From the NCBI GenBank assembly GCA_963422645.2, contig CAXXVO010000018.1, forward strand, positions 96,001 through 160,000: 64,000 nt of DNA. Direction: 5' to 3'. The stretch is from Alphaproteobacteria bacterium. GTDB taxonomy: Bacteria > Pseudomonadota > Alphaproteobacteria > UBA828. Below the pieces are notes generated by a model. The model searched no databases. It saw only the letters and a list, made by a program, of their open reading frames with translations, and was not told the DNA's origin. This document shows, piece after piece, positions 43,776 to 53,391 of this stretch (positions are counted from its first letter, which is position 1; every line of letters starts with the position of its first letter). The position numbers and the translations under genes are program-made.

Positions 43776-44490
43776 TGTGCTGGAGATGATGACCCAGCTG
43801 AAGCTCGCAGGTATGCGCGCCGCTTACGACGACATCCTTGCCGACGGGCTCAAGCGCCGCCATCCGGTGCAACAGATCATCGGTACGCTGCTGCAGGTCG
43901 AGATCGCCGACAAGAGGGCCCGCTCGATCAAGTACCAGATGGCCTCCGCCAAGCTGCCGACGGTCAAGGAGCTGGCCGACTTCGACTTCGCCGCCTCGCC
44001 GGTCAACGAGCCCCTGATCCAGGAGCTCGCCGGCGGCGGCTTCCTCGAGGGCAAACGCAACATCGTGCTGGTCGGCGGCACCGGTACCGGCAAGACCCAT
44101 CTCGCCGTCGCCATCGCGCGGTCCTGCATCCGCAAGGGCGCGCGCGGCCGGTGCTACAACGTCGTCGACCTGGTCAACCTCCTCGAGGCCGAGCTTCGCG
44201 CCGGACGCCAGGGCCGCACTGCAGACCAGCTCGTCCGCCGCGACTTCGTCATCCTCGACGAGCTCGGCTACCTGCCCTTCGCCCAGGCCGGTGGGCAGCT
44301 GCTCTTCCATCTGATGAGCCGGCTCTACGAGCGCACCTCGATCGTCATCACCACAAACCTCGCCTTCGGCGAATGGCCATCCGTCTTCGGCGACCCCAAG
44401 ATGACCACAGCGCTGCTCGATCGCCTCACCCATCATTGCGAGATCATCGAGACCGGCAACGAGAGCTGGCGCTTCAAGAACCGCTCCTGA
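43762..44490 (+). CDS. istB: IS21 helper ATPase IstB
   Basis: [41 protein letters not shown]. Confidence 0.95.
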   Translation: MERHDVLEMMTQLKLAGMRAAYDDILADGLKRRHPVQQIIGTLLQVEIADKRARSIKYQMASAKLPTVKELADFDFAASPVNEPLIQELAGGGFLEGKRNIVLVGGTGTGKTHLAVAIARSCIRKGARGRCYNVVDLVNLLEAELRAGRQGRTADQLVRRDFVILDELGYLPFAQAGGQLLFHLMSRLYERTSIVITTNLAFGEWPSVFGDPKMTTALLDRLTHHCEIIETGNESWRFKNRS

Positions 44491-44754
44491 CCCGCCGCCG
44501 GCCTCCCTTGCGGCCCGGTTGCCCCGGTGGGCCAACAGGGACCCCCCACGCGGCTTCGCTCCGCGTAGCGCAGGGCGCCACACGAAGCCGCGCGGGTCCC
44601 CCCTATTGGCTACCGGGACAACCTCCGCCGTGCCACTCAGGGGGGTCAATTTTGCACGCCGATCGGGGGTCAGTATTGAAAGCCGATTGACAAGCCCGGA
44701 GAGGGTTCCACCCCCCCCATTCGCGTCGTCCGCGCAGCCATCGGCCCTCGAGCA

Positions 44755-45276
44755 ATGGCCGAGGTCGAGCGAGCCGTCAACGGGCTCGCGCTCGCGCGCC
44801 GGGGCCCCGGCGCGGACGACTGCTACGAGGCATGGCTGCCCGACGGGATGCTCCCGGCAGACTGCACCGACGCCCTGGACGCCCTCGCCCGCAACTACGC
44901 CCGCGAGGTGCTGAACGCACGCGCGGACACGCCCTCGCCCGCCGTCTGCAACTGTTACTTCGCAGGACAGGCCTGCCTCTGGCACGTCGACCAGTACGCA
45001 GGGCGGGGAGTTCCCGACACCCTCGACCGGACCGTCTCCGCAAGCCTCATCGTCGAACGCGCCGCAGCCGGCGGCGACATGGTCTTCCAGGACCCGGGCC
45101 GGAAACGCCGCCCCGTACGGATCGACCCGCCGCCGGGATCGCTCGTCCTCTTCCCCGCAGACTGGTGGCACAGGGTCGCACCCGCCACCGCCGGCATCCG
45201 CCGCTCGCTCGTGCGATGGTGGGCGCAGTCGAACGGAGAGAGGTTCTCGTCCCTCGCCCGGCCCGACGGAGGATGA
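44755..45276 (+). CDS. 2OG-Fe(II) oxygenase (prolyl-hydroxylase-like), possibly 5'-truncated
   Basis: WHVD (HxD), GGD.VF, PGSLVLFP, WHRV (distal His), IRRSLV (RxS). Confidence 0.8.
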   Translation: MAEVERAVNGLALARRGPGADDCYEAWLPDGMLPADCTDALDALARNYAREVLNARADTPSPAVCNCYFAGQACLWHVDQYAGRGVPDTLDRTVSASLIVERAAAGGDMVFQDPGRKRRPVRIDPPPGSLVLFPADWWHRVAPATAGIRRSLVRWWAQSNGERFSSLARPDGG

Positions 45277-45280
45277 CACG

Positions 45281-45801
45281 GTGATCGACATCCAGGACGC
45301 GATCCGCCGGCTCATGCCCACGGCTTCCTGCCGGGCTCCTTCCCCGGCGGCATCGACACGATGTTCGACGAGGCGACATGGAAGGCCTACGGCTGGAACC
45401 CGATCCCCGGCCTGCCGGACTACGGCCCCGACCCGGACGCCAGCCCCAAGCCGGCATGGGCCATGATCGCCGAAGCGGGCGAGCGCGCCGCCGCCGAAGA
45501 CCTCCGGCAAGAAAGGGCGCAAGGGGTCGACCGGGAGGCAACCCGCCGCATCCGGAAGGCCTACGGGGCGAGGAGCTGGGAGCACGAGGCCAGACGGCGG
45601 CTGCGCGGCGCCGCCACCGAGGAGCAGGACGCCGAACGCGACCGCCTGCGCCGGCTCTGCCGCGCGCTCCGCAAGCGCATCGAAACCATGGACGCGGGCG
45701 CGCTCGAGCGCTTCGACGCAGCCGACGACAGACACTGGCGCCCGCCCGAAGCCGGGCCCGCCCAGCCCCCCGCGCCCGAGGCGGAGGAGAAGGCGGAATA
45801 G
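45281..45801 (+). pseudogene. Phage tail-assembly/chaperone-like protein, apparently frameshifted near 45318
   Basis: GTG 45281 follows GGAGG and reads MIDIQDAIRRLMP; the coding body continues in another frame (GFLPGSF...YGWNP...PKPAW...RDRLR...HW). Family assignment is by resemblance only. Confidence 0.5.
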
Positions 45802-45920
45802 AACCCTTGCAGGGGCCGTGCACACCGAATTCCGCGCCCCTGAACGGCCCGTGCATGGCCGATGCAGAGGCCGTTTTTCCAGCCCGAATCAGCCCCGAAA
45901 ATCAGCCTGTTTTCCAGGCC

Positions 45921-45970
45921 ATTCGCAAAGACTTCTGGCCGCGATTCGCAAAGACTTCTGGCCGGCTACA
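45921..45970 (-). repeat. Right-end tandem sites R2 and R1 plus terminal CTACA
   Basis: ATTCGCAAAGACTTCTGGCCG at 45921-45941 and 45944-45964 (23-bp period); the reverse complement matches the left-end core AAGTCTTTGCGAAT. Confidence 0.85.
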
Positions 45971-46231
45971 GTCACTCGACAGTCTCGACCTTAATTGCTG
46001 CCACCTGACTTAACTGATCACTGATAGAGGGACTCGGTGAGGATGTCATCTTTATGACGATTAAGCGTAACTGCCCAGGTACCCCCTCTCTCTTATGGAA
46101 CAAGCCAGTTCCTTTTGCGTCAACGCCCCCACGCCGCGGGGGTGCCTACTCTCTTGAGCGCGAGAGGATGATGAACGCCGCGTCGCGAACAAGATGAGAG
46201 GACAGCGATACTCAGGATGAGCCGGAGAAGT

Positions 46232-47773
46232 TCAGGAGCGCAGTATAGGGATCAGCTGCATCGGTTCCGGGTGCGCCAGGATTTGCAGGATGTTCCAGCC
46301 TTGCTTTCGAGCGGTGACGATGACGCTGCGCATTCCGGCGAAGTTGCAGGCGCCTTGCAGGGAGCGGAAGCCGCCTGAGATCTTCTCATGCACTTTGTTC
46401 ATACGGATGTCACGCTCCGCCTCGTTATTCGTGAACGGCGTGCGCAGGTCGGTGAGGAAGCGCAGGCAGCCCTCCTTATGCTTTTGAAGGCGGCGCGCGA
46501 GGTTGTGGCCGATGCGGCGTTTCTTTCGCCCTCGCTTTGCGATCTGGAGCGGCGGTTGGGCCTCATGGAAGGCGATGGCTTCTTCGAGGATACGGTCCCA
46601 TGCCCTTGAGATGCGGGCCACCAGGGAGGCGGGGACTTGACGGTCTTTCTCACGGGCGAAGCGGGCGGCCCTGCGCGCGCGCTGAAGCAGGCGGTGCATG
46701 CTCGCCGCCCATTCCTCCTTCTCGATGTCGATCAGGGCCTGGAGTTCGCGCAGGTGATGTGCGTTGCAGGCGCCGTGGCGGACGCCCTTGATGGTGAAGT
46801 AGGGGGCGAAGTCGTCGTGGACGAGGATGCCTTTCAGGTTCTTTTCGACACCGCGCGCGCTCACCTCGCCGATGCGCAGGACGGTGAGCAACGGGGTGCA
46901 CAGCACATGGAGCCAGCGGGTACGGGCGGCGATACGCAGGCCGGTCTCGTCGAGGTGCTTGACCGGCGCCTGCGTGCGGATCAGATCGGCGACATGGTCG
47001 AGGAAGCCCTCGAAGCGCTGCGCTGTGCGCCGGCCCATGGCGGCGATCGTGGCAGTGGAGATGGACACCGCGAAGATGTCGCTCATGAGTTCGGCCAGAC
47101 GCTTCTCGGGCACGAACTGGGCGTACAGCAGGTAACTCACCCAAGCGGTGATGCGAGGGCCGTACTGGACCGGGGCGGTGACGCCCGGCGGGAAGGCGGC
47201 TCGTGTCAGCGTGCCGCATGCGCCGCAGAGGCAGCGATGGGCGCGGTGTTCGGTGACCTCGAGAGGCTGCGGCTCGGGTACGTCGAAGACCTGCCGACAG
47301 GCGGGCGCGCCTTGCCGGTCGGCGTCCGAGAGCTCGACGCCACAGCCGGAACAGGTGGAGGGGTGGTGATCGACGACACGGTCCGGGCTGTCGCTCCGCG
47401 CGAGGGTGGTTCCCTTGTGGCCGGGCTGGCCGCCACTGGGCCCGCCGGACTTTCCGCGCTGGCTTTGGGTGCGCCTCTGGGCTCCGCTTTTCTTCTTGAG
47501 CCCGTCGCTGGCGGGGGGCTTGCTGCTTGTGGTGCTGTTGAGGGCCGCGCTGCGCTCGAGTTCGGCGATGCGCTCGCGCAGGGCCGCGTTCTCCTGCTCG
47601 AGTGCGGCATTTTCCCGGGCGAGCGCGGTGGCTGATCGCAGCAGCCCCTGCCCCCATTCCCGGACGGCAACGACGACAGTGGTTGCGAGGGATGATGGCT
47701 CGAGAAGCTCCTTCAGGCAGCAGAAGGCCTCGTTACGGGCGGCGAGGTCTTCGTGCCAGTGCGACACCGTCAC
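46232..47773 (-). CDS. tnpC: IS66 DDE transposase TnpC
   Basis: Coiled coil, NSTTSSKPPASD, GGQPGHKG, CSGCG/CGACG zinc finger, HLDETG, VHDD, FTNNEAERDIR; the probable GTG start overlaps the MTase TGA. Confidence 0.92.
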   Translation of the reverse strand: MTVSHWHEDLAARNEAFCCLKELLEPSSLATTVVVAVREWGQGLLRSATALARENAALEQENAALRERIAELERSAALNSTTSSKPPASDGLKKKSGAQRRTQSQRGKSGGPSGGQPGHKGTTLARSDSPDRVVDHHPSTCSGCGVELSDADRQGAPACRQVFDVPEPQPLEVTEHRAHRCLCGACGTLTRAAFPPGVTAPVQYGPRITAWVSYLLYAQFVPEKRLAELMSDIFAVSISTATIAAMGRRTAQRFEGFLDHVADLIRTQAPVKHLDETGLRIAARTRWLHVLCTPLLTVLRIGEVSARGVEKNLKGILVHDDFAPYFTIKGVRHGACNAHHLRELQALIDIEKEEWAASMHRLLQRARRAARFAREKDRQVPASLVARISRAWDRILEEAIAFHEAQPPLQIAKRGRKKRRIGHNLARRLQKHKEGCLRFLTDLRTPFTNNEAERDIRMNKVHEKISGGFRSLQGACNFAGMRSVIVTARKQGWNILQILAHPEPMQLIPILRS

Positions 47774-48435
47774 GTGTCTTCGGCCTCGACGGCCATCATG
47801 GCGGCGAGCACGGCGAGGCGTTCGCCCGGCGGCAAGGCCTGGTAGCGCCGGCCCCAGTTGGCTGCCTTGCGCTTGATGCGCTGGCGGTCGGTGAAGTTCC
47901 GGCCTGCGTGGCTGGCCCAATGCATCCGGTCGGGGGCGTAGTTGAACCAGACGACCTCGGTTCGCACCAGACCCTGGGTCGTGACCTGCAGCGCCAGCCG
48001 GCGCCATCCCGCCAGCACCTCGTCATAGAGCGCCGACGGATGGCCCGAGATCATGACCTGGCAGGGCAGAGCCTTGAGCAGCGCGAGAAGCGCGACGTGG
48101 CCGGCCTCCTCGTACTCGAAGCGGTAGCGCTGCGCCGAGCGGCGGGTCGCGTGCAGATAGGGCGGATCGCTGTAAACCAGCTCCGGGCCCAGGAACGGGA
48201 ACGAGGCCAGGAAGTCATGGGCACAGCCGTGAACCAGATCGACCGGGTAGTCGCAGACGAAGGCCTCGAGCGCCTGCGCATCGCGGTCGATGCCGATCGA
48301 ACGCACGGCCGGCGGCTTGCGCTTCATCAGCGCCCCGCCCCCAAGGTGGCTTTCGATGTAGACGGAGTGCGGCGGCATCAGCGCAATCAGCGCTTGGCAC
48401 AGACCTGCTGTCGCCTTCGAGCCGAAATACCCCAT
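47770..48435 (-). CDS. Dam-like (alpha-order) N6-adenine DNA methyltransferase
   Basis: YFGSK (motif X), ESHLGGGA (motif I), IGID (motif II), SDPPY (motif IV), MISG, RTEVVWFN. Confidence 0.88.
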   Translation of the reverse strand: MGYFGSKATAGLCQALIALMPPHSVYIESHLGGGALMKRKPPAVRSIGIDRDAQALEAFVCDYPVDLVHGCAHDFLASFPFLGPELVYSDPPYLHATRRSAQRYRFEYEEAGHVALLALLKALPCQVMISGHPSALYDEVLAGWRRLALQVTTQGLVRTEVVWFNYAPDRMHWASHAGRNFTDRQRIKRKAANWGRRYQALPPGERLAVLAAMMAVEAEDT

Positions 48436-48608
48436 GGACCGCTCCCGTCACGCGAGAGAGCAGTCCATAGTCCCGCAACTCTATGAGGTCAAGAACCAAT
48501 CGCGGTGGCAGAACCAGGCCGCGGCCGCCGCCATAATCACCGTCCTCAACTCAGGATTGGGGTACCTGGGTAGTTACGATTAAGCTTGCATTCGGTTAAG
48601 GAAACTCC

Positions 48609-48676
48609 TTGACAGAAGATATGGGGCGCACTACCATTTATGGTCCTTAACAGGATAGAGTGCCCCAGATGTCGTC
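48609..48676 (+). promoter_or_regulatory. Sigma70-type promoter of nrdJ overlapped by NrdR-box-like sites
   Basis: TTGACA (48609-48614), 17-bp spacer, TACCAT (48632-48637); CAGAAGATATGGGGC, CTACCATTTATGGTC and GCCCCAGATGTCGTC resemble the NrdR box. Confidence 0.7.
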
Positions 48677-48736
48677 TATTGCCTGATTTTTGGGGGCTCG
48701 ATTGAACACCGGTTTCGTTCGAGATTTGGAGGCCCC

Positions 48737-51700
48737 ATGCGCATCAAGCGCCACTATACGACGGACGACGGATCGCCCCGCGAGGAGGTGGCGTACCGCA
48801 CGACCGCGTGCGAGATCCGCAATCCCGACGGCTCGGTGGTGTTCGCACAGCAGGACGTCGAGGTTCCGGCTAGCTGGTCGCAGGTGGCCTGCGACGTCCT
48901 CGCCCAGAAATACTTTCGCAAGGCCGGCATCGCGGCCCGGCGCAGGCCGGTGCCGGAGGCCGACGTGCCCGAATGGCTGTGGCGGAGCGAGCCGGACCCG
49001 GAGGCCGGGGACGGCGTGGACCCTGGAGACGGCAAGGCGACCCAGGGCGAGCGCTCGGCCAAGGAGGTATTCCACCGCCTCGCCAGCACCTGGACCTACT
49101 GGGGCTGGAAGGCCGGCTACTTCGATGCCGAGCAGGACGCCCGTGCCTTCTACGACGAGCTCGTCACCATGCTGGCGCTCCAGGTGGCCGCGCCGAACTC
49201 GCCGCAGTGGTTCAATACCGGCCTGAACTGGGCCTACGGCATCGACGGCCCGGCCCAGGGCCACTACTACGTCGATTACGAGAGCGGCGAATTGGCGGAG
49301 GCCGAGTCGGCCTACGAGCATCCCCAGCCGCACGCCTGCTTCATCCAGAGCATCCGGGATGACCTCGTCAACGAGGGCGGGATCATGGACCTCTGGGTGC
49401 GCGAGGCGCGGCTCTTCAAGTACGGCTCGGGCACCGGCACCAACTTCTCCAACCTGCGCGGCGAGGGCGAGCCGCTCTCCGGCGGGGGCAAGTCCTCCGG
49501 CCTGATGAGTTTCCTCAAGATCGGCGACCGCGCCGCCGGCGCCATCAAGTCGGGTGGCACGACCCGACGCGCCGCCAAGATGGTCATCGTCGACGTCGAC
49601 CACCCCGACATCGAGGACTTTGTCTCCTGGAAGGTGGTGGAGGAGCAGAAGGTCGCGGCGCTGGTGTGCGGATCGCAGCTTCTCCACACCCGCCTCAACG
49701 CGATCGTCGATGCCTGCCACGAGGGCAGCGGCGCCGCGCGCTTCGAGCCCAGGTCCAACCCGGCGCTCGGCGACGCGGTGCGCGAGGCGCGGAAGGCGCT
49801 GGTGCCGGAGAGCTGCATCCACCGGGCGATCCGCTGGGCCGAGCAGGGCTTTACCGAGATCGACTTCCGCATCTACGACACCGACTGGCAGTCGGAGGCC
49901 TATCTCACGGCCTCGGGCCAGAACTCCAACAACTCGATCCGCGTGACCGATGACTTCCTGCAGCGGGTCGAGACCGGCGGCGACTGGGACCTGATCCGGC
50001 GTACCGACGGCAAGGTGGCGAAGACCGTCGATGCGCGCGGCCTCTGGGATCAGATCGCCGAAGCGGCCTGGGCCTCGGCCGATCCCGGGATCCAGTTCGA
50101 CAGCACCATCAATGCCTGGCACACCTGCCCGGCGGGCGGGCGGATCAACGCGTCCAACCCCTGCTCCGAGTACATGTTCCTGGACGACACGGCGTGCAAC
50201 CTCGCCTCGCTCAACCTGATCACCTTCCGGCGCGAGGACGGCAGCTTCGACATCGAGAGCTTCGAGCACGCGGTCAAGCTGTGGACCATCGTGCTCGAGA
50301 TCGCGGTGGTGATGGCGCAGTTCCCGTCGCGCGAGATCGCGCTTCGCTCCTACCAGTACCGCACCCTCGGGCTGGGCTTCGCCAACCTGGGCGGGCTGCT
50401 CATGTCGCTCGGGCTTTCCTACGACAGCGCCGAGGGCCGCGCCATCTGCGGCGCCATCAGCGCGCTCATGACCGGCACCTCCTACGCGGCCTCGGCGGAG
50501 ATGGCCGGCGAGAACGGCGCCTTCCCCGCGTTCGACGACAACCGGGACGCCATGCTGCGAGTGATGCGCAACCACCGCGCCGCCGCACAGGGCGAGAGTG
50601 GTCGCTTCGAGGGCCTCGATATCCGCCCGGTGCCGCTCGATCACGCCAACCTGCCCGATCGTGCCCTCGGCAAGGCCGCGAAGCGCGCCTGGGACCGCGC
50701 GGTGAAGCTCGGCGAGAAGCACGGCTACCGTAACGCCCAGGCGACGGTGATCGCGCCCACCGGCACCATCGGGCTGGTCATGGACTGCGATACCACCGGC
50801 ATCGAGCCCGACTTCGCCCTGGTCAAGTTCAAGAAGCTCGCCGGCGGCGGGCACTTCAAGATCATCAACGGCACGGTGCCCAAGGCGCTGAAGACGCTCG
50901 GCTACACCTCGGGGCAAATCCGCAAGATTGTCGCCTACGCGGTCGGCAGCGGCACCCTCAAGGACGCGCCGGCGGTCGACCACGCCGCGCTCGCACGCAA
51001 GGGTTTCACGCCTGCGGTCATCAAGCGCGCCGAAGGCGCTCTCGACGCCGCCTTCGACCTGAACCTCGCGTTCAACAAGTGGACCCTCGGCGTCGAGTTC
51101 TGCACCGGCACGCTCGGCCTCGACGCCCGCGACCTCGATCGCCCGGACTTCGACTTGCTGAGTGCCATCGGCTTCAGCGCGAGCGAGATCGAGGCGGCCA
51201 CTCTCTATTGCTGCGGCGCCATGACGCTGGAAGGCGCGCCGCACCTGAGGACCGAGCACCTGCCGGTCTTCGACTGCGCCAACCCATGCGGGCGCACGGG
51301 CTCCAATCGCTGCCTCTTGACCGAGAGCCACGTGCGCATGATGGCGGCGGCCCAACCCTTCGTCTCGGGCGCCATCTCGAAGACCATCAACCTTCCGATG
51401 GACGCCACCGTCGAGGATTGCCGCCGGGCCTACGAGCTCTCCTGGCGCCTCGGCCTCAAGGCAAACGCTCTCTACCGCGACGGCTCCAAGCTCTCCCAAC
51501 CGCTGACCGGCATCGCGCTCGGCGACGGGTTCGAGGAGGCGGCGGAAGAAGAGGCAGCCGCCGCGGCGCCAGCCGTGGTAAGCCGGCCCGACCCGCTCGC
51601 CGTCGCCGAGCGGATCGTCAAGCAGGTCATCCGCGAGGGCGAGCGGCGGCGCCTGCCCCACCGGCGGCGCGGCTACACCCAGAAGGCCATCGTCGGCGGG

Positions 51701-52447
51701 CACAAGGTCTATCTCAGGACCGGCGAGTTCAAGGACGGCGCGCTCGGCGAGATCTTCATCGACATGCACAAGGAAGGTGCGTCCTTCCGCAGCCTGATGA
51801 ACAACTTCGCGATCTCGATCTCGATCGGCCTGCAATACGGCGTGCCGCTCGACGAGTACGTCGATGCCTTCACCTTCACCCGCTTCGAGCCGGCGGGGAT
51901 GGTGGTCAACAACGACGCCATCAAGATGAGCACGTCCATCCTCGACTACATCTTCCGCGAGCTCGCCATCTCCTATCTCGGGCGCAGCGACCTGTCTCAT
52001 GCCGAAGCCGAGGATCTACTGCCAGACACCATCGGCGGCGGCGAGGAGCAGACCGTGCGTGCGCCGACGCTGCCCGACAGGAGCGGGCACGCCGGCCCCG
52101 GTGCGAGCTCGGACGACCCGGTGAGTGCCGGTTACGTGCGCTCCAACCTGCTGGTGCTCAACGGCGGCGCCGGCAGCGCGGGCAGCGACGAGAGAGGTGG
52201 CCGGGAAAGCGCCCGCCTCCGGCAGGCACCGGAACGCGACGCGCCTGCTGCGGCCCTTTTGCGGCAGACCCAGCGCGCGGATCACGCGGCCGGAGCGCCC
52301 GTGGCCATTGGCCGCGAGCCGCTGCACCAGGCGCGCGTCAAAGGCTACGAAGGCGAGGCCTGCGGCGATTGCGGAAACTTCACGCTGGTCCGTAACGGGA
52401 CCTGCATGAAGTGTGTGACTTGCGGCGCTACCAGTGGTTGTTCCTGA
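48737..52447 (+). CDS. nrdJ: Adenosylcobalamin-dependent (class II) ribonucleotide reductase
   Basis: [52 protein letters not shown]-terminal [12 protein letters not shown]. Confidence 0.96.
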   Translation: MRIKRHYTTDDGSPREEVAYRTTACEIRNPDGSVVFAQQDVEVPASWSQVACDVLAQKYFRKAGIAARRRPVPEADVPEWLWRSEPDPEAGDGVDPGDGKATQGERSAKEVFHRLASTWTYWGWKAGYFDAEQDARAFYDELVTMLALQVAAPNSPQWFNTGLNWAYGIDGPAQGHYYVDYESGELAEAESAYEHPQPHACFIQSIRDDLVNEGGIMDLWVREARLFKYGSGTGTNFSNLRGEGEPLSGGGKSSGLMSFLKIGDRAAGAIKSGGTTRRAAKMVIVDVDHPDIEDFVSWKVVEEQKVAALVCGSQLLHTRLNAIVDACHEGSGAARFEPRSNPALGDAVREARKALVPESCIHRAIRWAEQGFTEIDFRIYDTDWQSEAYLTASGQNSNNSIRVTDDFLQRVETGGDWDLIRRTDGKVAKTVDARGLWDQIAEAAWASADPGIQFDSTINAWHTCPAGGRINASNPCSEYMFLDDTACNLASLNLITFRREDGSFDIESFEHAVKLWTIVLEIAVVMAQFPSREIALRSYQYRTLGLGFANLGGLLMSLGLSYDSAEGRAICGAISALMTGTSYAASAEMAGENGAFPAFDDNRDAMLRVMRNHRAAAQGESGRFEGLDIRPVPLDHANLPDRALGKAAKRAWDRAVKLGEKHGYRNAQATVIAPTGTIGLVMDCDTTGIEPDFALVKFKKLAGGGHFKIINGTVPKALKTLGYTSGQIRKIVAYAVGSGTLKDAPAVDHAALARKGFTPAVIKRAEGALDAAFDLNLAFNKWTLGVEFCTGTLGLDARDLDRPDFDLLSAIGFSASEIEAATLYCCGAMTLEGAPHLRTEHLPVFDCANPCGRTGSNRCLLTESHVRMMAAAQPFVSGAISKTINLPMDATVEDCRRAYELSWRLGLKANALYRDGSKLSQPLTGIALGDGFEEAAEEEAAAAAPAVVSRPDPLAVAERIVKQVIREGERRRLPHRRRGYTQKAIVGGHKVYLRTGEFKDGALGEIFIDMHKEGASFRSLMNNFAISISIGLQYGVPLDEYVDAFTFTRFEPAGMVVNNDAIKMSTSILDYIFRELAISYLGRSDLSHAEAEDLLPDTIGGGEEQTVRAPTLPDRSGHAGPGASSDDPVSAGYVRSNLLVLNGGAGSAGSDERGGRESARLRQAPERDAPAAALLRQTQRADHAAGAPVAIGREPLHQARVKGYEGEACGDCGNFTLVRNGTCMKCVTCGATSGCS

Positions 52448-52633
52448 CGACCGTCGATCTCCCGCGGTCATGAACCACTGGCACTGGGGAGTGCGTACAA
52501 TGCGCACTCCCCTTCTTTCCTTCGCCTATTGCAGCGCCCTTTACCGCAGCCGTCAAGCGGCTGTCTGAGGGAGCACGGTATAGCGAAACTGCCATCGGCA
52601 GAGCGCTGAGCGGCCACGAGCAGAGGAAGACCG

Positions 52634-53320
52634 ATGAGCACCACCGCCAAGCTGGGCGCGCTCGGCGCCGCGATCATCGCTCTGGTGATGGGTCTTGCGG
52701 CGTGCCAAACGTCCGGAACGGTGACCTCGATTGCCATCGATACGTCGGAGACCACTCTCACATCCTGGCTCGCCAAGCCCGAAGGCGAAGGCCCTTTCCC
52801 CGCCATCGTGCTGCTGCACGGCTGCAGCGGAACCGAATGGAACACGTCGCATCGAACGGCCCGGCGCGGCTTGAACGGTCACGCCAGGCTCTTGAACGAC
52901 TACGGATACGTCACGCTCATCGTCGACAGCTTCGGGCCGCGCGGCATCAGCGACGGCTGCCAGACCGGCGGCAAGTACAATCCGGTGCAGAACAGCCATG
53001 CCAATTCCGCTTTCGATCATCTGGCAGCGCTGCCCTTCGTGGACGCAGACCGGATCGGCTCTGTCGGTCTCGCGCTGAGCGGCAGCACCGCCCTGCAGCT
53101 GCCGATGCGGGGGCCGCACTACGCCGAAGGCATGGGCGGCAGGACCCACGCGGTGACTGGCAACTCCACCGCACGGAGGGACTCGCAGAAGCGCATGCTG
53201 GCCTTCTTCGCGAAACACCTTGGGGGACCCTATCCGGCGGCGACTGCCGGATCAGTTGACGCCGCGGGCCATTCGGGCTTTGGGAATTTCTTGCGTGCCG
53301 CCTTCGCGATGAACGATTAG
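52634..53320 (+). pseudogene. Dienelactone-hydrolase-family lipoprotein, internally deleted or degenerate
   Basis: LAAC lipobox, GPFPAIVLLHGCSG, VDSFGPRG, PFVDADRIG; the nucleophile elbow reads GLALSG and the sequence jumps almost directly to the terminal helix (RMLAFFAKHL). Confidence 0.6.
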
Positions 53321-53391
53321 TCTCTCGGCCCGACAGGCTGAGGCATGCCCGTCCCGCGCCTCGATTTCACCTATCACGGCAGGATGTAACG

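Larger units (their letters stand above)
40811..44692 (+). mobile_element. IS21-family insertion sequence, istA interrupted by IS4
   Basis: Ends TGTTAAGCG... and ...CGATTGACA with subterminal TGACCCC repeats; istA plus istB; no flanking duplication seen. Confidence 0.9.
40610..45970. mobile_element. Mu-like (TGT...ACA) transposable phage-like element, internally deleted and non-autonomous
   Basis: Ends TGTAG (40610) and CTACA (45970); GTCAC duplicated at 40605-40609 and 45971-45975; repeated AAGTC(T/A)TTGCGAAT sites at both ends in inverted orientation; phage-type cargo. Confidence 0.85.
46067..48577 (-). mobile_element. IS66-family element (no tnpA/tnpB) carrying a DNA adenine methyltransferase
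   Basis: IRs GTAACTGCCCAGGTACCCC / GGGGTACCTGGGTAGTTAC (19 bp, 1 mismatch); 8-bp TSD GATTAAGC (46059-46066, 48578-48585). Confidence 0.93.

Noticed and set aside
43678-45825. 715-aa minus-strand ORF
   Set aside because: Runs antisense across istB, an IS end and two cargo genes; a chimeric shadow frame.
45921-45964. Tandem 21-bp repeats as a possible CRISPR array
   Set aside because: Only two copies, 2 bp apart, no cas genes; explained as transposon end sites.
45985-46070. CtrA box suggested by several TTAA half-sites
   Set aside because: No TTAA-N7-TTAA spacing here or in the reconstructed pre-insertion sequence.
48578-48736. Cobalamin riboswitch upstream of nrdJ
   Set aside because: The leader after the predicted promoter is too short and shows no B12 box; NrdR-like boxes fit better.
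48737-52447. Intein or intron in nrdJ
   Set aside because: Catalytic motifs are contiguous; no intein splice motifs or homing endonuclease seen.
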